Source: Octopus bimaculoides (lineage: Eukaryota). Taken from it: a stretch of DNA of 64,000 bases. The translations under genes and the position numbers were made by a program. Position 1 is the first letter of the stretch, and the number at the start of each line of letters is the position of its first letter. Shown piece after piece: positions 39,859-53,335 of this stretch. Under the pieces are notes generated by a model that was not told the origin of the DNA, ran no database searches, and worked only from the letters and a program-made list of their open reading frames with translations. The DNA lies in assembly GCF_001194135.2 (NCBI RefSeq), contig NC_068989.1:94914541-94978540 (forward strand), read 5' to 3'.

Positions 39859-41169
39859 AATATTTCATTGCTGTTATGTTTGGGATTTGTTATTAAGTGG
39901 GAAACATAATCTGCCGTCCTGTTTCACACCAATTTCTGGGCCTTGATATCTGTAGCGAAGGAATATCAATCTATTGCGAGCATCCATGCCAGGCCACCGG
40001 TTTCTCCCTTCTTCCTACAACTTTCAGAGGCCCCATTGTGAAGGTTAGTAGTTAAGGTAGTTGCCTCACGAACGTTCCCAGCAAGCTGTTGTGCTCATCT
40101 GGTACTTATTTCTTCGACCCTGAAAGGATGAAAGACAACTTCTGTGGAATTTGAATTCAGAAGTAAGACAGACGATATGCCACTAAGCACTTTTTCCATT
40201 GTGATAAAGATTCCGCCAGCTCGCTGCTTTATTCCAGCTCACCGCTATATGAACTCACAATAAAAAGCAAAACGGTAAAATGGCATATTGTTATGAGTGC
40301 ATGACTTTATCTAAATTACTTAACAGGAAATATAACTTGCTCGTCCTGAATGAGTATTTAGTTGTGTAACTGTGTAATGAGTTTATATACTGGCGGTATA
40401 GCATATTGTAATTAATTAAATATATCACAGTCTCAGACACTTAAATGTAATTATTTCATAATGAATTGTTTATTGCAATGATACATATTCTCCAACAACT
40501 CCCAGTGGTTCTTCCTTGAATAAATTAACGTAAATTCATAATATATTTATCTGCTTTATATTACAGTAGATAAAACCTAATCCAAGGAGATCGGTGGTTG
40601 TATGCGTCAGCAAGGCTTGTATAAATTGGGAAAGTGCCAAAGAAGGAGTAAAGTGAAACTGCCGTGGAAAGTGGAGGATCTAACTTTCCGGACAGAGTCC
40701 ATCTTCAACATAAAGTCGGCAGGAGGGAAATAAAAGTAAGGCTGCAGAGTTTGATATCATCTGTCTTTGAGAAACTGGATGCAATTTCTGTGTACACTGA
40801 GTCTCTTCTTTCATTATAATGATTTTATTGTTGTAACTCGCTAGAGGATTCATCTATGAATAATCTGATAAGCTGTAATCGTAACTGGATATATATTAGC
40901 ATAAGTTGCACATTGTGTAAGATTTCTTGACACAGGCAATATTCTTCCTTCATCGAGTATTCCCCAGTTTAGTGGGATGATGGTTGCAATTTGTTCTCAG
41001 CTTGAAAAGCTGGTCTCAGTGCTTGCAACAGAAGCACATCTGCTAAAGTTGACCAAGGGTCAAATGGAGATGTGAAATCGTGTGATGGATTACATCTAAC
41101 GCGAAATAGAGATCAAATACTACGAAATTAGGATTAAAGATTTCCTTACAGACTATTGCCTTTTCTATT

Positions 41170-41555
41170 TTGCCTGTTCAGTCAAAGACTGCGGCCATGC
41201 TGGGGCACCACCTTGAAGAGTTTAGTCGAACAAAGTACTTATATTAGTTAAAGCGAGGTACTTATTCTCTCGGCCTCTTTTGCTGAGCCGCTAAGTTGTG
41301 GGAACGTAAAGAAACGAACACCGGTTGTCAAGCAGTGTTGGGGACAAATACTAACACAAAGACACACACACATAGATATATACATATATACGAAGGGCTT
41401 CTTTCAGTTTCCGTCTATCATATCCACTCACAAGGTTTTGATCAGCAGTGGGGCAACAGCAGAAGACACTTTCCCCAGGTGCCACGCAGTGGGACTGAAC
41501 TCGGAACCATGTGGTTAGGTTGCCAACTTCTTACCACACAGCCAATCCTGGGCCT
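41170..41555 (-). mobile_element. SINE family A, near full length
   Basis: GACTGCGGCCATGCTGGGGCACCACCTTGAAG tail, internal CA/TA run, head GGGACTGAACTCGGAACCATGTGGTT...CTTACCACACAGCCA. Confidence 0.9.
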
Positions 41556-41603
41556 AAGAATTATGAAAAGCTTCACGAATTTGAGTGTTGTTATTGCACA
41601 GAG

Positions 41604-41659
<56 letters not shown>

Positions 41660-41678
41660 CATTATTATTATTATTATA
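41604..41678. repeat. (ATT)n microsatellite
   Basis: Direct inspection. Confidence 0.95.
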
Positions 41679-43739
41679 AAGATGACATTTATTTTCATCT
41701 AGCAGCAAATATGCTCCCGGTGTGAAAAGGCATTCTAGAATTTTGTTCCATGTAATTTAGTAACGTGCTACAGTTTCCCCCCGTAAAGCAATAACAACCT
41801 ATGGTTCTGTCAGCTACAGTCGAGTATCTAGCTATAATTGGAGCTGGATGATATTCAGATATTTTTATCAATTGAATTTAATGTTCAAATCTTATAATAA
41901 CATTATAGGCTACTGGCAATTTTGCCTTCATCAAAATATTACTGTATTGGGAGGGGGGGGGGTTTGTGGTTACTCTTACATAGTACAGAGTAGTTTCAAT
42001 CTAATACTGGTACAAATATAGCAAGAAAATTTATAATCCATTTTCCTCTAGCCCCAAGATTACTTTTCGTGCCAAAATTTGAAACCAGTAGTAGTAGTAG
42101 TAGTAGTAGCAGTAGTATATTAACTCGGATCTCGGATTTAGTTAGAACTGCATAAGCAAAAGTTGCTATCTGTAACCTACAGTACGATAATATCTGTTCT
42201 CTTCAACTACTTCGTACTTTTCTAATAATCCTGGCCTTGCTAATAAAACAACCTTTTTACAACAGAACAGATCTACTGGACACTCTATTCCCATTTTCTT
42301 TATATTCCTCTCAATAACTTTTCACATTGTCCTCATGACTCCAACAATAATTTACTCTACCTTCACCTTTTCAGCTTCCACGGTCGGGTTATTTCGTATT
42401 TAAGAGGATTGTAAACATTTACTTACTCGCCTTTTCTTCTTAACTATCCTTGAGTCAAACGGCTGAGCAATATGGTTTACAAAGTACACATGGTTTACTT
42501 GATGAGAACGATGTGCATCATGTAGATAGCACCTCTCCATGGTCTCCGACACTCAGAATTGAGTATCGCTTTGCATCTGAGTCTTTGATGCAATAACTTG
42601 CCAGGTCACTCCCAGCGCTTTATGACAAATGAATGTTTAAGCCTGAACCCTCTGGGCTAAATTTAGCCTGAACACTCACTATGTAGATATGTATGAATAT
42701 ACATACGTATGTGTCTGCGTGTATATGTGTGTATGCCTCTGTGCTTATGTGTGGGTGAGTGTGTGCGTGCACGCGGGTGTATAACGCAGAGGTGAAGTAA
42801 AATCAAACATGAAATCATATATGCTACATTTGTGTGGGAGAATTTCCGTGTGTAAAATTTCATTGTGACTAATCTATATACTAAAACTGAAATCTCAACC
42901 ATGATGGTGAAAATAAATTTAAAAAACTCAAACAGCTAGAGTTACTAAACTGCATAAACGTGATGTTTGTCACCATAACTTTCCGAAGAAAAAGTCCTGG
43001 TACATACACACACACATATAAAGAGAAAAACAACTAGTTTTAAATCTTTGAGCTAGATATAGATATATATCCGAAAAATCAATATAAACCATTTTAATTT
43101 CATGTATATGATGCATCTCATAAGATAGGATACGAGATGTTAGGTAGAGTTTAATATTAGCTTCATGAAGATTCCCAGAAAAAAATGTTTAAATCAGCAT
43201 CTCATTTCTATTTCATCTTAGCTGTGGCGAAAATCAGCTTGAATTTCTAAATAACATAAGCAGATACCTGTCATATATATATATAAATATATATATNNNN
43301 NNNNNNNNNNNNNNNNNNNNNNNNNNNNNNNNNNNNNNNNNNNNNNNNNNNNNNNNNNNNNNNNNNNNNNNNNNNNNNNNNNNNNNNNNNNNNNNNNNNN
43401 NNNNNNNNNNNNNNNNNNNNNNNNNNNNNATATATATACATCAGGAATGCAGTCATGTTACATAAAGAATAGAGAAATTTGCTCTAAAATTGTAAAGATT
43501 GACATATTTCATTATTCTGATCTAAATTCATTAAGTATATACAAACAGTTAATCAAAATTTATAATCTAAACAACGTATACATTATATTAAATGGCATTA
43601 TTTCTTTGTAGATTATCATCAATATATTTACAGTTCAAGGATTTAATTAAACATGAAATACTATATGGTAAGGTATCCGCTCATTTGTATATTTTCAATG
43701 AGTCCTGGTTCTCCGTCACTCATAATGATGATTGTTCTA

Positions 43740-44038
43740 ATTGATTCGACCAACGGAACAGCCTGCTCGTGAAATTAACGTACAAGTGGCTGAGTACTCC
43801 GGGCATGCGTACTCTTAACGTAGTCTTCAGGGAGATTCAGCGTAATACACCGATTGTGACAAGACTGGCCCTTGCTGGCCCTTTGGAATATCAGTACAAC
43901 TCATTTTTGCCTGCTGAGTGGACTGGAGCAGTCTGAAATAAAGTGTTTTGCTCAAGGGTATAACCTGTCACTGGGAATGGAACTCACGACCTTATGTCCG
44001 TGAGCCGAACACCCTAACCACAAAGCCACGTTCCCTTC
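43740..44038 (-). mobile_element. tRNA-derived SINE, family C
   Basis: The reverse complement begins TGAAGGGAACGTGGCTTTGTGGTTAGGGTGTTCGGCTCACGG...GTCGTGAGTTCCATTCCC (A/B boxes), followed by CCCTTGAGCAAAACACTTTATTTC. Confidence 0.85.
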
Positions 44039-44093
44039 ACGACTATAATTAACTATAATTAACAACATCAGCCTGCTGGTATCTTCTCCTTAC

Positions 44094-44203
44094 TGCTGTC
44101 TTTCTTGTAGTTGTAGACCTGCAGTAGTTTGAACGAAACATCAACAGTATAAAGTTCACCTGTAACGGATGGCGTCAAATGGAAGTTGACCACGTACGTT
44201 ATA
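44094..44203 (-). CDS. Candidate internal coding exon, product unidentified (ITYVVNFHLTPSVTGELYTVDVSFKLLQVYNYKKDS)
   Basis: Acceptor TATTGTTATGTTTCTCAG, donor AGCA|GTAAGG, 110 nt open frame, non-repetitive; no homology recognised. Confidence 0.35.
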
Positions 44204-45311
44204 CTGAGAAACATAACAATATATTTCATACTATTTGAAAGATATATATAACGATTTAGAACTGCGAATATAATCATCAACTTTGAGCGGCAGTATTACT
44301 TCAATCTCTGAAATACTATTTTAGCATAGAAGTAGTATATTTGAAATTTTTCAACATGCGATTATTCATTGCATAAACGTGAAATTGCATATGGATGAGA
44401 AAATATGAACGGTGTTCTTACGTGCGCAGATACGATATAAGTGAATTATTTCCAACAGAGAACGACCGCAAGATACTGGAATAGGTTAACCAAATATTTA
44501 TTGTTGTATTGCAAGCACCCGTGACATTTCCGATGCTTATTATGTTTTAAATACCTGGGTATCGTTTGGACTTGATTCCATCTAGAGGTACATACGATTT
44601 GGATAAATTCCAGAATAATTCTATTACTTATGAATTCTAGAGGCATGAAAGGCAAAGCTGTCCCCAACGAGATTTAGTGCAAAACAGTAGAAGCTAACTG
44701 AGAGAGATAATTCTATTATTATTTCAATTTTACCTTCCAGCTTTGACAAGCAGAACGCGCCAAAACTTTTGACCCTTCAAATAATTTTACCTTCAGTGCG
44801 GGAAACAGTTCAGCAAATAATACCTTTTCCAAAAATTCTGGAGAAAAAATATCAGACTATTATAACATCTAAACGAATATGTAATGTATTAAAGAAACTG
44901 TATTTCCCATCATTGTATTTTCAAACTCAATTCCAAAACAACACTTCATACAAATATACATGCGTTCATTCCACTGGCCAATTTATAATTCTATTCTCAA
45001 ATATGCATTGTTTCATAGGAATTATCAGGTAACAGTCTCATCTTTGTGGAGATTTTCTTTTTGAAATTTTGGTATCTTAGTTCGATTGACGGGAACGAAG
45101 AGAGTGAGCGAAGCAAGTGTCAAGGTTTTGCTACAGTTGCATCGTTTACGTTAAAAAGCATGATCATCATTCTCCCTCGTTCTGCTTGCCCATATATCTC
45201 TGACTGTATATTGAATATACACATATGCATACAAACACATACACACACATACGTATGTATGTATTTATATTTGTATGTGTATACTTGTGTATATATTTGC
45301 GTATATGTGTG

Positions 45312-45345
<34 letters not shown>

Positions 45346-46284
45346 NNNNNNNNNNNNNNNNNNNNNNNNNNNNNNNNNNNNNNNNNNNNNNNNNNNNNNN
45401 NNNNNNNNNNNNNNNNNNNNNNNNNNNNNNNNNNNNNNNNNNNNNNNNNNNNNNNNNNNNNNNNNNNNNNNNNNNNNNNNNNNNNNNNNNNNNNNNNNNN
45501 NNNNNNNNNNNNNNNNNNNNNNNNNNNNNNNNNNNNNNNNNNNNNNNNNNNNNNNNNNNNNNNNNNNNNNNNNNNNNNNNNNNNNNNNNNNNNNNNNNNN
45601 NNNNNNNNNNNNNNNNNNNNNNNNNNNNNNNNNNNNNNNNNNNNNNNNNNNNNNNNNNNNNNNNNNNNNNNNNNNNNNNNNNNNNNNNNNNNNNNNNNNN
45701 NNNNNNNNNNNNNNNNNNNNNNNNNNNNNNNNNNNNNNNNNNNNNNNNNNNNNNNNNNNNNNNNNNNNNNNNNNNNNNNNNNNNNNNNNNNNNNNNNNNN
45801 NNNNNNNNNNNNNNNNNNNNNNNNNNNNNNNNNNNNNNNNNNNNNNNNNNNNNNNNNNNNNNNNNNNNNNNNNNNNNNNNNNNNNNNNNNNNNNNNNNNN
45901 NNNNNNNNNNNNNNNNNNNNNNNNNNNNNNNNNNNNNNNNNNNNNNNNNNNNNNNNNNNNNNNNNNNNNNNNNNNNNNNNNNNNNNNNNNNNNNNNNNNN
46001 NNNNNNNNNNNNNNNNNNNNNNNNNNNNNNNNNNNNNNNNNNNNNNNNNNNNNNNNNNNNNNNNNNNNNNNNNNNNNNNNNNNNNNNNNNNNNNNNNNNN
46101 NNNNNNNNNNNNNNNNNNNNNNNNNNNNNNNNNNNNNNNNNNNNNNNNNNNNNNNNNNNNNNNNNNNNNNNNNNNNNNNNNNNNNNNNNNNNNNNNNNNN
46201 NNNNNNNNNNNNNNNNNNNNNNNNNNNNNNNNNNNNNNNNNNNNNNNNNNNNNNNNNNNNNNNNNNNNNNNNNNNNNNNNNNNN
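45346..46284. other. Assembly gap; other gaps at 18216-18310, 29601-29669, 43297-43429, 53336-53862, 57150-58035, 60244-60369
   Basis: N runs, each bordered by (TA)n or (TG)n. Confidence 1.
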
Positions 46285-46396
46285 GTGTGTGTGTGTGTGT
46301 GTGTGTGTATGCGTACATACATACATACATACATACATACATACATACATACATAGAAATCTGGACAGATACACATTACCTATACGTAACACTCAC

Positions 46397-46490
46397 GATA
46401 GACCACGCAGTTGCATATGCGTTCAACGTTCGATTCGAGGCAGGCTCTGCTGCATCGCCGCTGGATCTTGGAGTCGGTGATTTCGTCCTT
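46397..46490 (-). CDS. Candidate exon (KDEITDSKIQRRCSRACLESNVERICNCVVY), Cys spacing like the DEG/ENaC thumb
   Basis: Donor ATC|GTGAGT; weak acceptor GTAACCTAG; C-x3-C-x8-C-x-C in a CpG-rich patch. Confidence 0.25.
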
Positions 46491-47670
46491 CTAGGTTACA
46501 CACCAGATATTCCTTAGAGAAAAATTTTCCAAAATGTTGGAAGCAAGTACAAGCGGAAGCAGTGCCTATTCCTCGGTCACCCCGGCGCTAGTTCTTCGTT
46601 TAGATATAATCAGAAATATGGAATCTCAGCCTTTTTATGCTATTCTATAGCAACCCGTAATTTTAGCGCAAAAGACCATCGTGCATAAAGAGCTGAGACT
46701 TCGTAGTGCTTTGTGTGTGCGTGTCCATGTACGTATGAATGTGTGTATGTTATGCGAGTATATATGTGTATGTATGTAGGTAGGTAAATAGATAGATAGA
46801 TAGATATATAGATAGATAGATAGATACATACATACATACATACATACATACATACATACATACATACATAGAGATGTATAAATGCATACCTATAACATTT
46901 ATACACATACACACACATATACATTGTGCTATGTTTAAATACCGATGATCGATGTGTTGCGTGTAATCACGTATGCGTATATATATATGCACGTAATGGA
47001 CGAAATCAGAGTAGACTGTCGAAATTTGATAAAATATACTCACACACATGCACGCACACACACATACACACACACCCATACATATACATATCCATATCCA
47101 TTTGCATATACCTTTATACATACATGAACATATATGTATGCATGTATACGTCTATGAATGTATAATTAGTTCCACTTGAATAAAGGTTAAAAATATAAAG
47201 GAAACGCTAAATTTATCTGAACATAACAGCATGCTGCCAACGCTGCAAGACATTATAAAAGAATTTATATATAAACAGAAATTAGCCCACAATACATAAC
47301 TATTTAGAGAAGTCAGTAAACAATAATTTTTGTGTAGTCTATAGTTTATCATAAACTATAATTTGTCATAAACTATAATTTGTCGGGAGAAAAAACTTTT
47401 AAATTAAAATTATGCATACAAATATTAAACATAGATATATATAAATGTCTTTTGAGAAATATATATATATATATATCATGAGAGAGAGAGAAATATACTT
47501 ATATTTATATGTATATATACACACTACAGTTACATATATGTATATGTGTGTGTAGATCTGAGTTTGTGTGTTTATGTGTGTACGTATAAAAATAGATATA
47601 TTTGTATATGTAAGTATATTCATATATAAATGCACGTAAACACACAAATATATATACGTATGCATAATTG

Positions 47671-47710
<40 letters not shown>

Positions 47711-47821
47711 ACATACATGCATACGTACATGCACACGCACAAACGTGCACATACACACACACACGCACACACACACATACACACACGCACGGACACACAC
47801 ACACACACACTCACACACACA

Positions 47822-47855
<34 letters not shown>

Positions 47856-47983
47856 CAACAGAAAAAGGAACAAAATATGAGATTTATATTATGGTTAAAA
47901 GAAAGTTTCTATATTTTATGTGCTACAAATTTCAATAACTTGAAAAACTTAGTCAGCCTGAAATAAAAGGAAACTTTCATTCC

Positions 47984-48046
<63 letters not shown>

Positions 48047-48079
48047 CATTATTATTATTATCATTATTATTATTATTAA

Positions 48080-48144
<65 letters not shown>

Positions 48145-48145
48145 G
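47984..48145. repeat. (ATT)n microsatellite
   Basis: Direct inspection. Confidence 0.95.
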
Positions 48146-48342
48146 AATAACGTGAACTGCCAAAACCGATATCATGAAAGATTAATGCAATTTTATTTCA
48201 CTTCTATCTCCCTTTTATTGCATGCTTAAGTCATCTTTTTCAAGTGATATAAAGGAGTACCATATTTTGATAAAACTATGGTGATATCCACGATAAAGTT
48301 CTCATAGCATTTTCTTCTCATTTTTCATATTAATTTACTCTA

Positions 48343-48562
48343 ATCAGTCGAGCTGGCAGAATCGTTAGCACGCGAGACAAAATGGTTTACAGCATTTCGT
48401 CCGTCTAACGTTCAGAGTTCAAATTCCTCTTGGGTCGACTTTGCCTTACTTTCTTTCGTAATCGATAGAACAAGTACCAGTTGAGCACGGGATACGATGT
48501 AATTGACTTACCACCTCCCCCAATTTTCTGGCCTTCTTCAGCAAAATCTGAAACCGATATTA
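48343..48562 (+). mobile_element. SINE family B
   Basis: GAGCTGGCAGAATCGTTAGCACG...GAGTTCAAATTCC...GTCGACTTTGCC. Confidence 0.85.
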
Positions 48563-48574
48563 AGTTATTCGTGT

Positions 48575-48785
48575 AAGGCGGCGAGCTAGCAGAAACGTTA
48601 GCACGCCGAGCAAAATGTTTAGCGCCATTTCGTCTGTCTTTCATTCTGAGTTGAAATTCTTTGCCTTTTATCCTTACTCAGTTGACAACTTAAGTACCAG
48701 TTAAGCACTGAGGGTCGATATAATAGAAATACCCTTCTATCAAAATTGCTATCGTTGTGCCAAAATTTGAAAGCAATATTAATTT
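48575..48785 (+). mobile_element. SINE family B, second tandem copy
   Basis: AAGGCGGCGAGCTAGCAGAAACGTTAGCACGCCGAGCAAAATG...AAGTACCAGTT. Confidence 0.85.
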
Positions 48786-49789
48786 ACTCGTGTGAAACCT
48801 CTTATACTTTTCAATGTGAGTGCATTTGTGTTTGTTTGTGTTTAATGTGTATTATTAAACGTGTTTATATTTCCAACATATTTAAAACTCGTAATCAAGT
48901 GGTTTGTAAAACTCCTCGAAATACTCCATGAATGGCACTTAGGATTCTTTTCGCACAACCTGCTAAAATTATAAATACTTCTTTGAAATTGACTGAACTG
49001 TTGTTGATTTTGTTGCCATTGCTCGCTCCTATCGTCTGCAATAACAATGTTCAACAAAATCTCGTGAATTATGCTCCAGCTGTAAACGACTGAACACTTT
49101 CCCGTGCTACAACTAATATTATAGAATGTCAATGGTCAATCTTACTCTTCATTTATTAGTGTATCATAATCTATGTAATATCATAGCAAAGTATATTTTT
49201 TTGCATTTCATTATATTCGTATTTAATTTACTACAAATTTTTATGTAATCCTTATATATTTTTATTCTATGAAAACAACCCCAGTCAATCTTTTACTTAT
49301 AACTATGGCATTGTCTGACGCCGTAGGATTGGTATTTTCATAGCAAATAGGAGACGAAAATGTTTAATTTAGTTTTAAAAGTATAAACGAATATGGTTTT
49401 GTAGTCAGTTGTAGCTTGATTTATGCTTCAGTTCACATCAATATCCAAGAATATGTCTTGTTCTTTTGCCTCAAGATTTTAGCTCAATTTTCGAATTTAC
49501 TTTAATTTTTTTCATTGTCAATACATTTCCTACATTTCTCCCTATATACCTCGAAACGTATTTTATCGTCAGTCCATCTCTTTCTTTATTTCCTTTTCCT
49601 GTTGACTTATTTCCTCCCTATCGGCACTCTTTTCTTTACTCAGATGTATCTATCACACTTTCCCTCCTGAAAAATATATGGTGTAAATATGTATGGTTGT
49701 ATATATATATACATATTAATAACAAACAAGTCTTGTGAATACAGCTGATCAGGGTTTCTTTATTCATTCTGCCATTTATCACGCTGAAA

Positions 49790-51510
49790 ACAAAACCGTT
49801 TGTCTGTTGTCGTTTAAACAAGAAATACTAGGAAAGACGAAGACAAGAATAATTAAGAGTGTTTTACGTGCATGCATTATGATGAAAATTTCTACCAACG
49901 TCTATTCTTTAAACGCACCATTACGGCTCATACAAATTAGCAAACCTGTAGAATTTTTTGCCACTACAGATGTAAAAAGGGAGGCAGTAACAGTTGATTA
50001 CATCAACATCAAAGAAGAGGATGTAATATATGGCAATAGATGATGTAGACGCAAACCCATTTGCTGGCCCCGTTGGATTCCCAGCAGCCCTTTTCCAGTC
50101 ATGCAAACGAGTCCTTGCAAACATCTGCAGTTTTTTTTTCAGAGCTTCCCTGCAAATGGTAAGCTCCCGAGCAAACGGAAGGAGAGAACACATAAAGGAG
50201 GGAGTAGAGCACATGCTAAAAGCTACAGGCCTATCTCTCTGACTTCACACATTTGCAAAGTCATAGTAAAACCTGTCCGAAAGAAATTAATTGCAATCTC
50301 TGAAGAGGATGACTTGCTGACTGACACCCAGCACGGTTTCAGACCAGTAGAAGCTACCTCATACAGCTATTGCAGCATTACGATTGGCTGCTAAAGCAGC
50401 TGCTCAACAAATCAAACGTAGATGTGATACATCTCGACTTTGCAAAAGCTCTTGACGAAGCCAATCATATGACATGATATGTCACAAACTTGCGTAATCT
50501 TGGCATGGGTGGAAAACTTGGAGAATGGTTACGTTACTTCCTAAAAGATAGAAGTCAGGTAGTATTGGCCAACGGAGCTGTCTCCCAGGAAAAACAAATA
50601 CTGGCTGGTGTTCCAAAGAGTATTGTCTTGGGGCTGCTGATATTCATAGAAACCCCCTCAGACATGTCCCCAGCTGCTCGGGAAGTCACTTTTGCTAGCT
50701 ATGCAGATGATATACATGTCTCCCACAGGATACAAAAACCTGGAGACGTTGCGCATCTGCAACGGGAGTTAAACGCAATATACAGGTGGGCTGATGAAAA
50801 TAACAACACACGAAGCTCATTGAAAAGTAGACAATGTACACTGGCCCAGGAGAGATTGCATTCCTTGAATCAAAATCAGGGTGCGACTTGGGTATCGGGA
50901 TGAGTAATGATGTATCATTCCAGATGCATATCACTAAGCTGGCAATAAAATGCAAACGGTTGACAAGATGGATCTTTCGAACTTTCAGAACGAGATAACA
51001 GGAAACCATGATGGTCCATGGAGTTCTTTCGTTCTCAGCCGTTTGGATTACTGCTCCCAACCGTGGTCACCACACAGTGTAACATTAACATCTGAACTCG
51101 AAGCGATCCAGCGAAACCACTCAAAGAAGATCGTCTCAATGTGACATGTCAGCTATTGGGAGAGACTGAAAAAGTTAAGAATCTGCTCCGTAGAACGAAG
51201 GCAGGAAAGACGCGTATTAACATAGATCTGGAAAATCCTAGAAGTTTTCCCAAACTTTGGCATTGTCACTTACACAAACAGCAGATCTGGGCGCCACAGC
51301 ATAGTACCAAAAATCCCAACATTACCATCAGGATACATGACCAGATACTGCAACAATTTGGGCTTCAAGGCTCCACAGCTCTTTAATATCCTCCCCCAAA
51401 TCCTGAAAGACATGCATGGGGTGGCTGGAGACGTCTTCAAAACAATGCTGGATCTCCCCCTGTCAAGAGTTCCGGGTGAATATACCTCGCGGCAAGAAGC
51501 GCAACATCAA
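49790..51510 (+). mobile_element. Decayed CR1/L2-group LINE: reverse transcriptase and C-terminal region, 5'-truncated
   Basis: Frameshifted RT motifs: YRPISLTSH (50224), QHGFR (50329), LDFAKA (50433), GVPKSIVLG, YADD (50700-50711), SRLDYCSQPWSP, YWERLKKL, LGFKAPQLFNILP. Confidence 0.92.
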
Positions 51511-51519
51511 AGTCCCCTC

Positions 51520-51723
51520 ATTCTTTTCTACTCTAGGCACAAGGGGGAGGGGACGAGTCGATTATATCGACCCCAGTACTCAACTGGTACTTAATTTATC
51601 GACCCCGGAAGGATGAAAGGCAAAGTCGACTTCGGTGGAATTTGAACTCAGAACGTAAAGACAGACGAAATACCGCCAAGTATTTCGCCCGACGCGCTAA
51701 CGTTTCTGCCAGCTCGCCGCCTT
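51520..51723 (-). mobile_element. SINE family B, near full length, young-looking
   Basis: TTCTTTTCTACTCTAGGCACAAG...GGATGAAAGGCAAAGTCGAC...GGAATTTGAACTCAGAACGTAAAGAC...CTAACGTTTCTGCCAGCTCGCCGCCTT. Confidence 0.92.
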
Positions 51724-52081
51724 TCAATCACCCCTCATTCACCAACTGCCACACATCAGAGGAGGTTTAGTAAAAGTGTAGCAAAGCAAACGGCGACACT
51801 CCAGCATGGCCACAGCTCTCGAACTGAATCTAGAAAAGAAAAAAGGTACGTACGTGTGTATGTGTGTGTGAGTGAGTGAGTGTGAGTGTGTGTGTATACA
51901 TATATGTGTGCATGTATTTATTTATATACACACATACGCCAAAACTAATTGTACTATATCCCGCAGGATGGGTGGAAACGATCGTTGTGTGTAACAAAGT
52001 TCTATTTCCCGTCTCTGTAAATTTTTATATGTATACAAGTGCGTATGTCTACAGATACAGGTATACAGAGGACAGCAAATT

Positions 52082-52132
<51 letters not shown>

Positions 52133-52290
52133 GTAGGTAGGTAGGTAGGTAGGTAGGTAGGTAGGTAGGTAGGTAAGCAGGTAGGTAAATGGTAGGTAGG
52201 TAGGTAGGTAGGTAGGTAAGCAGGTAGGTAAATGGTAGGTAGGTAGGTAGGTAGGTAGGTGGGGAGGTAGGTGGGGAGGTAGGTAGGTAT
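52082..52290. repeat. (TAGA)n-(TAGG)n compound tetranucleotide repeat
   Basis: Direct inspection. Confidence 0.95.
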
Positions 52291-52693
52291 CTATTAACGC
52301 ACATGCACAGAGGACCAGTGATGAGTGTATGCAGACGTGTAAGTCGTTGGGTGTGGACATGGTTGTATACATGTGCGTGTGCGTGTGTGTGTGTGTGTGT
52401 ATGCATATGTGGTGCATATACGTGTGAGAATGTGTAGATAGTAATATTTACTCGTTAAAGCTCTCACTATTTTCATTCCTTGCTTTCTGCTTTCTTCGTT
52501 TCTCCAGTCCACATTTTCTCTTTCTTTCTCTTATTCTATTCTAGTTTACTGCAGCCGAGATGTTCCTCTCTTTAGTAGTCACTCTTCCAAACACGTTTTG
52601 CGCACAAATATATCGCTCACTCTTCACTTGCAGCCTATCTCTTTGATGCAACCATTCGCCTACTCTCTCTTTCTCTCTCGTTATCTCTCTCTC

Positions 52694-52738
<45 letters not shown>

Positions 52739-53039
52739 ATGAATCGCCTCCACTCATTATACATTTCAACTTGTTAATTCGCTGGTCCGCCTACGCATGT
52801 ATTCCGTTACATCATGATATCGGCTTGAAACATTCACTCGAGCAGAGATGCATTTATTCCCTCCACACCAACACACAGACAATAGAACAACGCACATGCA
52901 CATGCACGGAGGAGCAGTGGTGTATGCAGACGTGTAATTCGATGGGTGTCGACATGGTTGTATGCATGTACGTGTATATGTGTGCGTATATATATGTGTG
53001 TGTATATATGTGCGTGAATGTGTAGGTATTTATGTGTGC

Positions 53040-53112
<73 letters not shown>

Positions 53113-53300
53113 CATATATGTATATACATATAAATATATACACACACGTATATATATACGTATACATATATATAAACATATATGCATACATATGTATAGA
53201 GAGAGAGAGAGAAATATATACGCACAAACATAAATATTTGTACATTATAGACACACACACTCACACATATATATACATACCACATGTATATATAGGTATA

Positions 53301-53335
<35 letters not shown>

